This document shows positions 20,227 through 30,885 of a DNA stretch of 64,000 bases, in pieces. The stretch spans positions 1,529 to 65,528 of the forward strand of contig QCGZ01000004.1 in assembly GCA_003279705.1 (NCBI GenBank). The letters are read 5' to 3'. Below the pieces are notes generated by a model. That model did not search any database. It was not told the origin of the DNA and was given only the letters and a program-made list of their open reading frames with translations. The stretch is from OCS116 cluster bacterium AG-390-I16. GTDB taxonomy: Bacteria > Pseudomonadota > Alphaproteobacteria > MED-G09. Each line of letters starts with the position of its first letter. Position 1 is the first letter of the stretch. The translations under genes were made by a program, and so were the position numbers.

Positions 20227-21276
20227 ATGACAGAAAATATAAAAAAAATAATAGAAGAAAAGTTAAAAAAAATTATACTTCCTAACGAAAAATATCTTAT
20301 TGAAGAGGAAATAATTGAGGGTATTAGCTTTAAAGAGGGACATATTCAAATTTCTCTGTTTGCAAATAAAGATAATCTCGAAGAAATTGAGGTCGTTGGA
20401 AAAATAATAAAAAAAGAATTACAAAATATTGATGGAGTTATAAGCGTTACTACGGTTTTAACAAACGAACCTAATAAAAAAAGTAATTCGAACAAAATTG
20501 AAAATAAAAAACAAAAAATTAATAAAATTAGTAATGTTAAAAAAATTATAGCTGTTGCAAGCGGTAAAGGTGGGGTTGGAAAGTCAACAATATCAATTAA
20601 TCTAGCCTCTGCGTTTTCTTTAATGGGTAAAAAAGTTGGTATATTAGATGCAGATATACATGGGCCATCGGTTCCTCATATGCTTGGTTTAAAAGGCAAA
20701 CCAGAAGTTAATAATGATAAGAAAATTATTCCATTTGAATTTAATTCAATGAAAGTAATGTCGATTGGATTTTTATTAAATGAAGAGCAACCGGTAGTTT
20801 GGAGGGGGCCAATGGTTCACTCGGCTATTAAACAAATGGCAACTGAAACAGATTGGGGTAATTTAGATATACTGATTATTGATATGCCGCCTGGAACAGG
20901 AGATGCACAAATCACAGTGTCACAACACTTACCGCTAGATGGAACAATTATAGTATCCACACCACAACCTGTTGCGCTTAATGATGCAGTTAAAGCTATT
21001 GGAATGTTTAGAAAAGTTGATATCCCAGTCATTGGTATTATAGAAAATATGTCTTATCTACTTTTAGATAATGGAAAAAAAGAAGATATTTTTGGAAAAG
21101 ACGGTGCTAAAAATATGTCAGAAAAAGAGAAAATTTTATTTATTGAAGAAATACCTCTAGATAAAGAAATAAGAGAAAGCTCAGATAAAGGAAATCCATA
21201 CGTTTTTTCAAAAACAAATAGTTTAACAAAAGATATATTTATAAAAGCAGCAGAAAAAATAGAAAAAATAATTTAA
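20227..21276 (+). CDS. mrp: Mrp/ApbC (NBP35-like) P-loop ATPase
   Basis: ASGKGGVGKST, DADIHGPS, WRGPM, DMPPGTGD, ENMS. The CxxC motif is absent. Confidence 0.92.
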   Translation: MTENIKKIIEEKLKKIILPNEKYLIEEEIIEGISFKEGHIQISLFANKDNLEEIEVVGKIIKKELQNIDGVISVTTVLTNEPNKKSNSNKIENKKQKINKISNVKKIIAVASGKGGVGKSTISINLASAFSLMGKKVGILDADIHGPSVPHMLGLKGKPEVNNDKKIIPFEFNSMKVMSIGFLLNEEQPVVWRGPMVHSAIKQMATETDWGNLDILIIDMPPGTGDAQITVSQHLPLDGTIIVSTPQPVALNDAVKAIGMFRKVDIPVIGIIENMSYLLLDNGKKEDIFGKDGAKNMSEKEKILFIEEIPLDKEIRESSDKGNPYVFSKTNSLTKDIFIKAAEKIEKII

Positions 21277-21279
21277 AAT

Positions 21280-21786
21280 TTATTTTTTTTCAAAGATTTT
21301 TAAGCGATGTGAACAACTATCTCCCTCCATCTTTGTTATTTCGCCTGTAAAAGTCTCATTATATAAATCTTTATCAAAATTTGGAAAAAAAACGTCACCA
21401 TCAGGGGATGAGTGAACTTGTGTGTAATAAATTTTTGAAGCAATTTTTAAAAAATAATTAAAAAGGTACTCTCCGCCTATAACCATAATTTCTTTTGTAT
21501 TTCTCTTTTTAGCGCATTCCTCAGCTTTTGAAATTGATTGCTCAATATTTTCACAAAAAATAACACCATCATTTTTTAATTTTTTTTGCCTTGTAACAAC
21601 AATATTATCTCGTCCTGGTAAAGGTCTACCAATTGAGTCCCATGTTTTTCTGCCCATAATCATAGGTTTATTCATTGTAAATTTTTTAAAATTCGATAAA
21701 TCAGATGGTAAATCCCACGGCATTGAGCCATTTTGGCCAATAACCCTGTTTTCAGCAACAGCAACAATTAAACTAAAATTAAACAT
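21280..21786 (-). CDS. folA: Dihydrofolate reductase
   Basis: VIG...MPWDLPSDL, IMGRKTWDSIGRPLPGR, VIGG, GDVFFP. Confidence 0.96.
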   Translation of the reverse strand: MFNFSLIVAVAENRVIGQNGSMPWDLPSDLSNFKKFTMNKPMIMGRKTWDSIGRPLPGRDNIVVTRQKKLKNDGVIFCENIEQSISKAEECAKKRNTKEIMVIGGEYLFNYFLKIASKIYYTQVHSSPDGDVFFPNFDKDLYNETFTGEITKMEGDSCSHRLKIFEKK

Positions 21787-21788
21787 TT

Positions 21789-22583
21789 TTACACCGCAAC
21801 TGGAGCAGGAATATGTGGATGAAAAATATAATCTTCCAAGACAAAATCTTCAAATTCAAAATCAAAAATACTTTCCGGATTGGAAATAATTTTCATCTTA
21901 GGAAGTTCTTTAAAGTCTCTTTCTAATTGTTCTTTGGCTTGATCAAAATGGTTTGAATATAAATGAGCATCACCAAACGTATGAACAAATTCTCCAAGTT
22001 CTAATTTTAAAATTTTAGCAATCATCATTGTTAAAAGTGCATATGATGCAATATTAAAAGGGACACCTAAAAAAATATCAGCAGATCTTTGATAGAGTTG
22101 GCAGGATATTTTTCCATTTGACACATAAAATTGAAACAAACAATGACAAGGGGGAAGAGCCATCTTTTCAACATCTGATGGGTTCCAGGCTGTAACTATT
22201 AGCCTTCTCGAATCAGGATTATTTTTTATTTGGTCTATTAAACCAGATATTTGATCAATTGTTTTACCATTTCTTCCTGGCCATGATCTCCATTGATAAC
22301 CATAAACGGGACCTAATTCACCATTTTCATCAGCCCATTCATCCCAAATACTAACACCATTTTCTTTTAAATATGATATATTGGTTTCACCTTTTAAGAA
22401 CCATAAAAGTTCATAAACTATTGATTTTAAATGAATTTTTTTTGTTGTTAATAATGGAAATCCTTTTGACAAATCAAATCGCATTTGGTGGCCAAATACT
22501 GACCGAGTACCTGTACCTGTTCTATCATTTTTGTCAGTACCATTTTCTAAAACGTGTCTTAATAATTTATGATATTGTTTCAA
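21789..22583 (-). CDS. thyA: Thymidylate synthase
   Basis: [38 protein letters not shown]. Probable TTG start at 22583 after GGAG. Confidence 0.97.
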   Translation of the reverse strand: MKQYHKLLRHVLENGTDKNDRTGTGTRSVFGHQMRFDLSKGFPLLTTKKIHLKSIVYELLWFLKGETNISYLKENGVSIWDEWADENGELGPVYGYQWRSWPGRNGKTIDQISGLIDQIKNNPDSRRLIVTAWNPSDVEKMALPPCHCLFQFYVSNGKISCQLYQRSADIFLGVPFNIASYALLTMMIAKILKLELGEFVHTFGDAHLYSNHFDQAKEQLERDFKELPKMKIISNPESIFDFEFEDFVLEDYIFHPHIPAPVAV

Positions 22584-22659
22584 AGAAAACTCCAAAAATT
22601 AATATTAATTCTAAACTACTTTTTTGTCTCTTCAAATTTTATTTAATAAATTGTATAAA

Positions 22660-22955
22660 AGAAATGCTGGTTTACCAGATATAGTGATAAACGGTTGATA
22701 TAATAAACTATTCGGACCCGGGGGCGGTACCCGGCACCTCCACCATAATTATGGGGGTGAAATAGGATCGACGAGAGCGTAAAAATCTTCTTTTCACTCG
22801 GCATTGTTCCGCCGTTATCGGGCTATTTTATAGAAGCAAAAAGCGACTATGCAGAGTATTCTCTCGCAGCTTAATGCGCGAGTTACTCAACTTAACTCCT
22901 AATTATTTGCATAATTAGGCGGGGTTTGAGGGGCACCTGGCAACAGAAGCTCCTT
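22660..22955 (+). ncRNA. ssrA: Two-piece (circularly permuted) tmRNA
   Basis: Acceptor piece ends ...CCGGCACCTCCACCA at 22745, then a 7-nt spacer, then the coding piece starts GGGGGTGAAATAGGATCGAC at 22753. The acceptor stem GGGGGTG/CACCTCC has a G3-U70 pair. Tag ORF 22836-22874 reads AKSDYAEYSLAA*. The 3' motif CACCTGGCAACAGAAGC is present. Outer ends are approximate. Confidence 0.95.
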
Positions 22956-22990
22956 GTTTATTTCTAAACTAATAACCTTGGAGATTTAAC

Positions 22991-24382
22991 GTGAAGAAAG
23001 AAAGACAAGAATCAGATGCTTTTGGTCCTATTAAAGTAGAAAGCAACAAGTATTGGGGCGCTCAGACACAGAGATCTCTTAAAAATTTTAAAATTGGTGG
23101 AGAAAAAATGCCTATTCCTCTTGTTAGAGCTTTAGGAATAGTAAAATTATCCGCCGCTATAGTTAATAAAAATATGGGAGATCTTAAACCAAGAATTGCT
23201 AATGCAATCATTAGAGCTTCGAAAGAGGTTATTAGCGGTAAATTTGACGATCACTTTCCTCTTGTTGTTTGGCAAACTGGTTCAGGGACACAATCAAATA
23301 TGAATGCGAATGAAGTTATTTCAAATAGAGCTATTGAAATTCTTGGGGGTAAACTTGGATCAAAAGATCCGGTTCATCCAAACGATCATTGTAATATGTC
23401 ACAATCCTCGAATGATACATTTCCTACTGCAATGCATATAGCTACAGCAATTGAAATTAACAAAGAACTTATCCCTTCTCTCAAAAGACTTTCGAATTCA
23501 ATAGGGAAAAAAGAGAATGAATTTAAAAAAATTATTAAAATAGGACGTACTCACCTTCAAGATGCCACCCCAGTAACTTTAGGACAAGAATTTTCAGGAT
23601 ATAAAGCACAAATTAACAACGGGATTAAAAGAATACAAAAATCATCAGAAGAACTTTTTTATCTTGCCCAAGGAGGAACTGCTGTTGGAACTGGATTGAA
23701 TTCAAAAAAAGGTTTTGATAAAAAATTTGCTCTCGAATGTAAAAAAATAACTAAATTACCATTTAAAACATCTGAAAATAAATTCGAATCTTTAGCAACG
23801 CATGATGCGATTGTTGAAGTTTCTGGTAGCTTAAACACCATTGCAACTTCACTTTTTAAAATTGCTAATGATATTAGATTGCTTGGTTCTGGTCCTAGAT
23901 CCGGTTTAGGGGAAATACAATTACCTGAAAATGAACCAGGGTCTTCAATTATGCCTGGAAAAGTTAATCCTACACAGTGTGAAGCGATGACAATGCTATG
24001 TCTTCAAGTGATTGGAAACCATACAACAATAAGTGCAGCAGGTAGTCAGGGTCACTTTGAGCTTAATGTTTTTAAGCCAGTAATTGCATATAATATTTTA
24101 CAATCTATTAAATTACTTTCAGATGGCTCAGAAAGCTTTATGAAAAATTGTATAGCAGGAATTAAGCCTAATAAAATTAAAATTCAAGAACTATTAAATA
24201 GCTCTTTAATGCTTGTAACTGCTCTTGCACCCGTTATTGGATATGATAATGCTTCAATCATAGCAAAATCAGCTCATAAAAATGGAACAACTCTTAAAGA
24301 AGAAGCAATTAAACAAGGTTTTGTGACCGAAGATGAGTATACAAAAATTGTTAGACCGGAAAAAATGATTTCGCCATCTTAA
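22991..24382 (+). CDS. fumC: Class II fumarate hydratase
   Basis: [39 protein letters not shown]. Confidence 0.98.
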   Translation: MKKERQESDAFGPIKVESNKYWGAQTQRSLKNFKIGGEKMPIPLVRALGIVKLSAAIVNKNMGDLKPRIANAIIRASKEVISGKFDDHFPLVVWQTGSGTQSNMNANEVISNRAIEILGGKLGSKDPVHPNDHCNMSQSSNDTFPTAMHIATAIEINKELIPSLKRLSNSIGKKENEFKKIIKIGRTHLQDATPVTLGQEFSGYKAQINNGIKRIQKSSEELFYLAQGGTAVGTGLNSKKGFDKKFALECKKITKLPFKTSENKFESLATHDAIVEVSGSLNTIATSLFKIANDIRLLGSGPRSGLGEIQLPENEPGSSIMPGKVNPTQCEAMTMLCLQVIGNHTTISAAGSQGHFELNVFKPVIAYNILQSIKLLSDGSESFMKNCIAGIKPNKIKIQELLNSSLMLVTALAPVIGYDNASIIAKSAHKNGTTLKEEAIKQGFVTEDEYTKIVRPEKMISPS

Positions 24383-24386
24383 AATT

Positions 24387-24599
24387 ATGAATCAAATAAA
24401 AAAATCACTTATTCTCTCAGGCCATAAAACAAGTATTGCATTAGAGAAAGAATTTTGGATTGCCCTTAAAGAAATTTCAAAAAAACAAAACATTGATATT
24501 GATAAATTAATTGAGAAAATTGATAAAAAAGAAAGAAGTGGAAGCTTAGCATCGGCAATAAGAGTTTTTATTTTAAAAAAATATATGAATCTTGATTAA
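24387..24599 (+). CDS. Ribbon-helix-helix (RHH_4-type) small DNA-binding protein
   Basis: KSLILSGHKTSIALEKEFWIAL...SLASAIRVF, a family typically found near fumC in alphaproteobacteria. Confidence 0.85.
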   Translation: MNQIKKSLILSGHKTSIALEKEFWIALKEISKKQNIDIDKLIEKIDKKERSGSLASAIRVFILKKYMNLD

Positions 24600-24681
24600 A
24601 AATGAATCAATGTATGCTTAATAAATTTTATAAATAGTCATTATAAGTTATGTACCACATGTTACCTCAAGAAAATATTCA

Positions 24682-26913
24682 ATGATAAACTTTCAAGAAC
24701 TTGAGAATTTCAAAAGATTGAATGAAGTTCAGAGAGAGGCCGTTCTTCATGATAATGGACCTTTACTTGTTTTAGCAGGAGCAGGTACTGGTAAAACAGG
24801 CGTTTTAACAACTAGACTTGCAAGGTTATTAACTGAAAATCTTGCTCTACCAGGAGAAATTCTCTCCGTTACCTTTACAAATAAAGCTGCAAATGAGATG
24901 AGATCAAGAGTTAGCAATCAGATTGGTGACAGAGCCTCAGGATTAAAATGGTTGGGAACTTTCCATTCTATTGGTGCTCAAATATTAAGAACATACCCAG
25001 AGAAAGTTGGATTAAAAAGTGATTTTATAATTTTAGATACTGATGATCAAATTAGATTATTAAAACAGTTGATTAGAGATGAAAATATAGATGATAAAAA
25101 ATGGTCTCCAAAAGGACTCCTAAACCTTATTGATAAATGGAAAAATAAAGGAATTCTTCCTAACAACATCTCACGAGATGATGGTGATTATTTTGCAAAT
25201 GGTAAAGGCAAAATTTTATATAAAAAATATCAAGATCAATTAAAGTTTTTCAATGCCGCAGATTTTGGAGATTTAATTCTTGAATGCATAAGACTTTTTA
25301 ACGAAAATATCGACATTTTGGAACAGTATCAAAATCGTTTTAAATTTATGTTAGTTGATGAGTATCAAGATACAAATTCATCTCAATATACCTTATTAAA
25401 ATTATTATCGAATAAATGGATGAACATTTGCTGTGTAGGCGATGATGATCAATCTATTTACTCCTGGAGAGGAGCTGAGGTAAGTAATATTTTAAGGTTT
25501 GAAAAAGATTTTCCGAATGCAAAAGTAATAAGGTTAGAACAAAATTACAGATCAACAGGTAATATTTTAGCAGCTGCTTCAAAATTGATTGAGTCTAATG
25601 AATCTAGATTCGGAAAAACTTTGTGGACCTCGTCATCTGAGGGAGAAAAGGTTTCTGTTACATCTACATGGGATGGTGAAGAGGAAGCAAGAATAATTAC
25701 TGACGAAATAGAAAAGTATTCTTTAAACAATAAAAATCTTGATGAAATTGCAATATTGGTAAGAGCTAGTTTCCAAATGAGAGAGTTTGAAGATAGGTTT
25801 ATATCAGTTGGCCTACCTTATAAAGTTATTGGAGGTCCAAGATTTTATGAGAGAAAAGAAATACGGGATGCAAATGCCTATTTTAGAATTGCTATTCAAC
25901 CAAACGATAGTCTTGCTCTTGAAAGGGTTCTTAATACCCCAAAAAGAGGTATTGGAGAAACAACAATAAAAAAAATTAAGGATTATTCTAAAAATAATAA
26001 TATTTCTTCAATTGAAGCCATTAGAGACCTCATAAAAACATCAGAAATAAAACCAAAAACAAAACTTTCTTTAAAGAACTTTATTGATTTAGTGGATAGA
26101 TGGCATAATTTACTTAATGAAAGAAGTCATTATGAGCTCGCTGAAATAATTCTTGAAGACTCTGGTTATTTAGAAATGTTAAGGAATGATGAATCAATTA
26201 CTTCTGCAGGAAGATTAGAAAATATCAAAGAATTATTTAGATCTATTGAACCTTTTGAAAGCTTGCAGGCCTACCTAGAACATATTGCTCTGGTAATGGA
26301 GATAGATAAAAACCCTGACGGTAACAAAGTTACTTTAATGACTTTGCATGCCGCTAAAGGACTTGAATTTGATTTTGTTTATCTTCCTGGTTGGGAGGAA
26401 GGTGTCTTTCCAAATCAAAGGTCTTTAGATGAAGGGGGAATAGAATCCCTTGAGGAAGAGAGAAGACTTGCTTATGTTGGAATAACAAGGGCAAAAATAA
26501 AATCCTCGATTTTTTATGCTGCGAATAGAAAGATGCATAATCAATGGCTTTCAAGTATACCTTCAAGATTTATTAATGAAATGCCAGAGGAAAATATTGA
26601 AATAAACTTATCTCATTTTTCAGGAAATCAAAAAAACTATACAGATATTGAAGAAGATATATTCGATCAATCTGATTACAGTACGCCTGGTTGGGAAAGA
26701 GCAAAAATAGAGACAAGTAATAAAAATTTAGAAAATTTTAAACAAAAAATAATTTCTACCTCACATGCTAAATACTCCAAAGGATCAATAGTAATCCATA
26801 AAAAATTTGGTCAAGGTAGGGTTGAAAGTATAGATGGAAAAAAATTAACTATTAATTTTGGTGAAAGCGGAACCAGAAAGGTAATGGAAAATTTTGTAGA
26901 GTCCCTTAATTAA
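24682..26913 (+). CDS. uvrD: ATP-dependent DNA helicase UvrD/PcrA
   Basis: LAGAGTGKT, TFTNKAA, VDEYQD, VGDDDQSIY, QNYRST, TLHAAKGLEF, EERRLAYVGITRA. Confidence 0.96.
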   Translation: MINFQELENFKRLNEVQREAVLHDNGPLLVLAGAGTGKTGVLTTRLARLLTENLALPGEILSVTFTNKAANEMRSRVSNQIGDRASGLKWLGTFHSIGAQILRTYPEKVGLKSDFIILDTDDQIRLLKQLIRDENIDDKKWSPKGLLNLIDKWKNKGILPNNISRDDGDYFANGKGKILYKKYQDQLKFFNAADFGDLILECIRLFNENIDILEQYQNRFKFMLVDEYQDTNSSQYTLLKLLSNKWMNICCVGDDDQSIYSWRGAEVSNILRFEKDFPNAKVIRLEQNYRSTGNILAAASKLIESNESRFGKTLWTSSSEGEKVSVTSTWDGEEEARIITDEIEKYSLNNKNLDEIAILVRASFQMREFEDRFISVGLPYKVIGGPRFYERKEIRDANAYFRIAIQPNDSLALERVLNTPKRGIGETTIKKIKDYSKNNNISSIEAIRDLIKTSEIKPKTKLSLKNFIDLVDRWHNLLNERSHYELAEIILEDSGYLEMLRNDESITSAGRLENIKELFRSIEPFESLQAYLEHIALVMEIDKNPDGNKVTLMTLHAAKGLEFDFVYLPGWEEGVFPNQRSLDEGGIESLEEERRLAYVGITRAKIKSSIFYAANRKMHNQWLSSIPSRFINEMPEENIEINLSHFSGNQKNYTDIEEDIFDQSDYSTPGWERAKIETSNKNLENFKQKIISTSHAKYSKGSIVIHKKFGQGRVESIDGKKLTINFGESGTRKVMENFVESLN

Positions 26914-26954
26914 AAATTCCTATATTAATTTTTCAAACTAATTATAATAATTAT

Positions 26955-28742
26955 ATGATGCCTAAGAATATTGAGAAAAATATTAAAAAACTTCGTGAAC
27001 TTTTTGATGAAGAAACCATTGACGCTTATATTGTTCCACACGAAGATGAGTTTTTAACTGAATATGTTCCTAATCATTCTGAGAGGTTAAGTTTTATAAC
27101 AGGATTTACTGGTTCTGCAGGTTTAACAATAATAACAAAAAATAAAGCAGTCATTTTTGTTGATGGACGATATACAACTCAAGTTAAATTAGAAACATCC
27201 GATAAAATATTTGATTACCAAGATTTAAATAATACTAATATTGAAAATTGGATAAAAAAAAATATAGAACAACAAAGCCAAATTGGATTTTGTTCAATGA
27301 CCATATCATTTGATAAATTAACTTCTTTTAAGAAATTTGTTTCAAATACAAAAATTACTTTTAAGAAAACTGATAACTTGATTGATAAAATATGGCTAAA
27401 AAGACCCAATCAAAGAAATGGATTAATCTACGAACACAAAAGCAAGTTTTCAGGTGTATCTCATAAAGAAAAAAAACAACTAATAATAAAAGAAATTATA
27501 AAAGAAGATTGTGACTCTCTTTTTATTAGTGAACCAGAGAATAATTGTTGGTTTTTAAATATAAGGGGAGATGACCTAGAGTTTACTCCTTTAGTAAGAA
27601 GTTACTCTTTAGTTCAAAAAAACGGAGAAATTAATCTCTTTTCAGATCATGAAATAACAAACAGTATAAAGGAATATTTTAAGGAAAATAATATAAGACA
27701 TTTTTCAATTAATAAAATTGAAGAATTTTTTAAAAATAGAAATTTTAAAAAAACTATATTTGATTTTAAAACTACTCCATTTGAGCTTGCAAATATTATT
27801 TTTAAATATTCGGATGATTTTAAAAATCTCTCAAATCCATGCAACTTGTTAAAAGCATGTAAAAATAAAACTGAAATTGAAGGTGCAATAAAAGCACACA
27901 TCAGGGATGGGGTAGCTTTAACTAAATTTCTATTTTGGCTAGATAGTAAATCTGAAAATAATAAATTAAATGAAATTGATGTAGAGGAAAAATTATTAGA
28001 TTTAAGAAAAAATGAAGAGAACTTTATTTCACCTTCTTTCAATACAATTGCTGGTGCAGGAAGTAATGGAGCTATTGTTCATTACAAAGCTAATGAAGCA
28101 AGTTGTAAAAAACTAAAAGCTGGCGATCTTTTACTTGTAGATTCTGGAGGACAGTACCTAGATGGCACTACTGATGTAACCAGAACAATAATATTATTTC
28201 CAAAAGAACAAAAAATACAAAAAGAAAAGAAAGATAGATTTACCCGAGTATTAAAAGGCCATATCGCCATAGCATGTTCAGTTTTTAAAAAAGGTACTAT
28301 AGGTAAAGATTTAGACCCTTTTGCCAGAAAATATTTAATTGAAGAAGGATTAGATTATAAACATGGTACAGGTCACGGCGTTGGTTCATTTCTAGGAGTT
28401 CACGAAGGTCCACAAAGTATATCACCATTAGGCTTTCAAGAAATTAAAGAGGGTATGATAATTTCAAACGAGCCAGGATATTATAAGGAAGATGAGTATG
28501 GAATAAGAATAGAAAATTTAATTCTCACTAAAGAAATGAACGATGATAGTAACCATCTTTACTTTAAAACACTTACCTTAGCTCCAATAGATAAAAATTT
28601 AATATCCACAGAAATACTTAATGATGATGAAATAAAATGGATAGATACTTATCATGATAAAGTATACAAAAATTTATCAGAATTTATGCAAGAAAAAGAA
28701 TTAGTCTGGTTGAGAAAAAGTTGTGAGCCTATTCTGCAATAA
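26955..28742 (+). CDS. Xaa-Pro aminopeptidase (M24B)
   Basis: GFTGSAG, DGRYT, DSGGQYLDGTTDVTRT, HGTGHGVG, VHEGP, EPGYY, GIRIEN. Confidence 0.95.
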   Translation: MMPKNIEKNIKKLRELFDEETIDAYIVPHEDEFLTEYVPNHSERLSFITGFTGSAGLTIITKNKAVIFVDGRYTTQVKLETSDKIFDYQDLNNTNIENWIKKNIEQQSQIGFCSMTISFDKLTSFKKFVSNTKITFKKTDNLIDKIWLKRPNQRNGLIYEHKSKFSGVSHKEKKQLIIKEIIKEDCDSLFISEPENNCWFLNIRGDDLEFTPLVRSYSLVQKNGEINLFSDHEITNSIKEYFKENNIRHFSINKIEEFFKNRNFKKTIFDFKTTPFELANIIFKYSDDFKNLSNPCNLLKACKNKTEIEGAIKAHIRDGVALTKFLFWLDSKSENNKLNEIDVEEKLLDLRKNEENFISPSFNTIAGAGSNGAIVHYKANEASCKKLKAGDLLLVDSGGQYLDGTTDVTRTIILFPKEQKIQKEKKDRFTRVLKGHIAIACSVFKKGTIGKDLDPFARKYLIEEGLDYKHGTGHGVGSFLGVHEGPQSISPLGFQEIKEGMIISNEPGYYKEDEYGIRIENLILTKEMNDDSNHLYFKTLTLAPIDKNLISTEILNDDEIKWIDTYHDKVYKNLSEFMQEKELVWLRKSCEPILQ

Positions 28743-30885
28743 AATCATTCCACTCCTGCTCAGAAAAAACTCTAACACCATATTCATTTGCTTTATCTAC
28801 TTTTGATAATGTCGGTTTATCTCCCGCAATCAAAAAATTAGTCTTTTTAGAAAGTGATGATGATAGTTTGGCGCCCAAAAGTTCAATTTTTACCTTTGCT
28901 TCAGCACGACTCATAGTTTTAAGTGTACCAGTGATTAGGACTGTTTTATTTGATATTTTCGTTTCTTTAACTTCCTTATTGTACTGTTTTACAGTAACGC
29001 CAGACTGAATCAATTGAATTATTAATTGCCTTGTATCATTATTTTGAAAAAAATCTATAAGTGAGAGAGCAACTTTTTCACCAACACCATCCAAAGACAA
29101 AAGTTCTTGTTTGGATACTTCAATGTTATCAATTGTTATATTTTCTAACATTTTATTAATAGATTTATAATAATTTGCAATTAAATCAGCAGAAGATAAG
29201 CCCAAGTGTCTTATTCCAAGAGAAAATAAAAAACGATCTAAATCAATTTCTCTTTTTTTATTAATTGCATTAAATAATTTAAGGGCGCTTTCCTTGATTG
29301 TTCCGATTTTTAACCTTGGTCCAGAGGTATATTTCCAAAAAGAAGGTGGATTATTCTTATATTTTTCTTCTAAATAAAAAATATCAACTGGTGATTTAAT
29401 TAAACCCTCCAAATAATATTCATCTATCTGTTTTTCACCCAAACCATCGATATCAAAAGCTGATTTTGACGAAAAATGCTTAATTCTTTCAATAAGTTGA
29501 GCAGAACAATTAAATGCCCCAGTACACCTAATGTATTTTTCTTCTTTTTCTTTTTTTCCTGTCTTTATTTTATCCCTAATAGTTTTGGAGTTACAAACAG
29601 GACAAATTTCTGGAGGACTAATTGGTTTTAAATTTTTTTCTCTTTTCTCTTTAATTACACCGATAACTTGTGGAATAACATCCCCTGCCCTTTGAACCCA
29701 GACAGTATCTCCAACCCTAATATCCTTTCTTTTTATTTCTTCAAAGTTATGAAGACTTGCGTTTGAAACAAGTGCGCCTCCAATATTTACAGGCAAAAGT
29801 CTTGCAACTGGTGTCAAAACACCTGTACGTCCTACCTGTATTTCAATATCTAAAATTTTAGTTACTGCTTTTTCTGCAGGAAATTTATGAGCAATTGCCC
29901 ATCTTGGGTGATGTTCGGTCGATTGAAGTCTCTCACGCCAATCTAGTCTATTAATTTTATAAACTATTCCATCTATATCATAACCAAGAGCCGCTCTTCT
30001 TTCCAATATATCTTCATAGAAAACAATTAATTCATCAATAGACTTAAAAAGACCAAAATTATCATTTGTAGGAAAGCCTAATTCTTTAAAAAAATTTATC
30101 AAATCATAATGATTGTCATACGGTAAGAAAGATACGCTTCCCCATGCGTATGCAAAGAACTCTAAAGATCTTTTTGCCGTTTCATTTGGGTCTAATTGTT
30201 TTAAAGATCCTGCAGCGGCATTTCTTGGATTTTTAAATAATTCCTTTCCCTGCTTATCCTGAATTTTATTTAATAGATTAAAATTATCATGGGACATATA
30301 AACCTCACCCCTGATCTCTAATAGTTTTGGTGTTTTTTTTCTATCTAGTACATGAGGTATACTTTTTATGGTTTTAATATTTTCTGTAATATCCTCCCCT
30401 GTTTTACCATTTCCCCTAGTTGCTCCTAACTTTAAAATACCGTCTTCATATATTAAACTTGCTGAAAGACCATCTATTTTTGGCTCAGCCACATAATCAA
30501 TTTTTTCTGTACTATCTATTCTTAAAAAATTTCTTAGACTATCGCTCCAAGAAATAACCTCTTCTTTGTTTTTGGCATTTTGAATTGAAAGCATGGGGGT
30601 TGAATGATTTACCTTCTTAAATTTTTCAGAAGGTTCAGCACCTACTGAGAGAGATGGCGAGTTTGCATTAACTAAAGAAGGATATTTTTGTTCAATTTCT
30701 AATATAGATCTTCTTAAATCATCATATTCTGCATCTGAAATTAATGGATTATGATCTTTATAATAGGAAATATCATGTTTTTTTACTGTCAGGTATAACT
30801 GTTCAAGCTGATCTTTTACTTTTTTCTCTTTTGAGGTTTTAGTATTATCCGATTGGTGTTGATCTATTTTTTCTTTATTCGACAT
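28729..30885 (-). CDS. ligA: NAD-dependent DNA ligase
   Basis: EPKIDG, EIRGEV, NPRNAAAGSL, DGIVYK, QVGRTG, RAGDVIP, Cys4 zinc finger, BRCT domain. Confidence 0.97.
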   Translation of the reverse strand: MSNKEKIDQHQSDNTKTSKEKKVKDQLEQLYLTVKKHDISYYKDHNPLISDAEYDDLRRSILEIEQKYPSLVNANSPSLSVGAEPSEKFKKVNHSTPMLSIQNAKNKEEVISWSDSLRNFLRIDSTEKIDYVAEPKIDGLSASLIYEDGILKLGATRGNGKTGEDITENIKTIKSIPHVLDRKKTPKLLEIRGEVYMSHDNFNLLNKIQDKQGKELFKNPRNAAAGSLKQLDPNETAKRSLEFFAYAWGSVSFLPYDNHYDLINFFKELGFPTNDNFGLFKSIDELIVFYEDILERRAALGYDIDGIVYKINRLDWRERLQSTEHHPRWAIAHKFPAEKAVTKILDIEIQVGRTGVLTPVARLLPVNIGGALVSNASLHNFEEIKRKDIRVGDTVWVQRAGDVIPQVIGVIKEKREKNLKPISPPEICPVCNSKTIRDKIKTGKKEKEEKYIRCTGAFNCSAQLIERIKHFSSKSAFDIDGLGEKQIDEYYLEGLIKSPVDIFYLEEKYKNNPPSFWKYTSGPRLKIGTIKESALKLFNAINKKREIDLDRFLFSLGIRHLGLSSADLIANYYKSINKMLENITIDNIEVSKQELLSLDGVGEKVALSLIDFFQNNDTRQLIIQLIQSGVTVKQYNKEVKETKISNKTVLITGTLKTMSRAEAKVKIELLGAKLSSSLSKKTNFLIAGDKPTLSKVDKANEYGVRVFSEQEWNDFIAE

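Noticed and set aside
22705-22775. tRNA-like element ending in CCA
   Set aside because: It is the tRNA-like domain of the permuted tmRNA (3' half before 5' half, no anticodon arm), not a tRNA gene.
22746-22991. Possible integrated element at ssrA, a common integration site
   Set aside because: No integrase and no duplicated att sequence; core genes flank it directly.
24600-24681. Possible LexA box upstream of uvrD
   Set aside because: No match to the alphaproteobacterial GTTC-N7-GTTC consensus.
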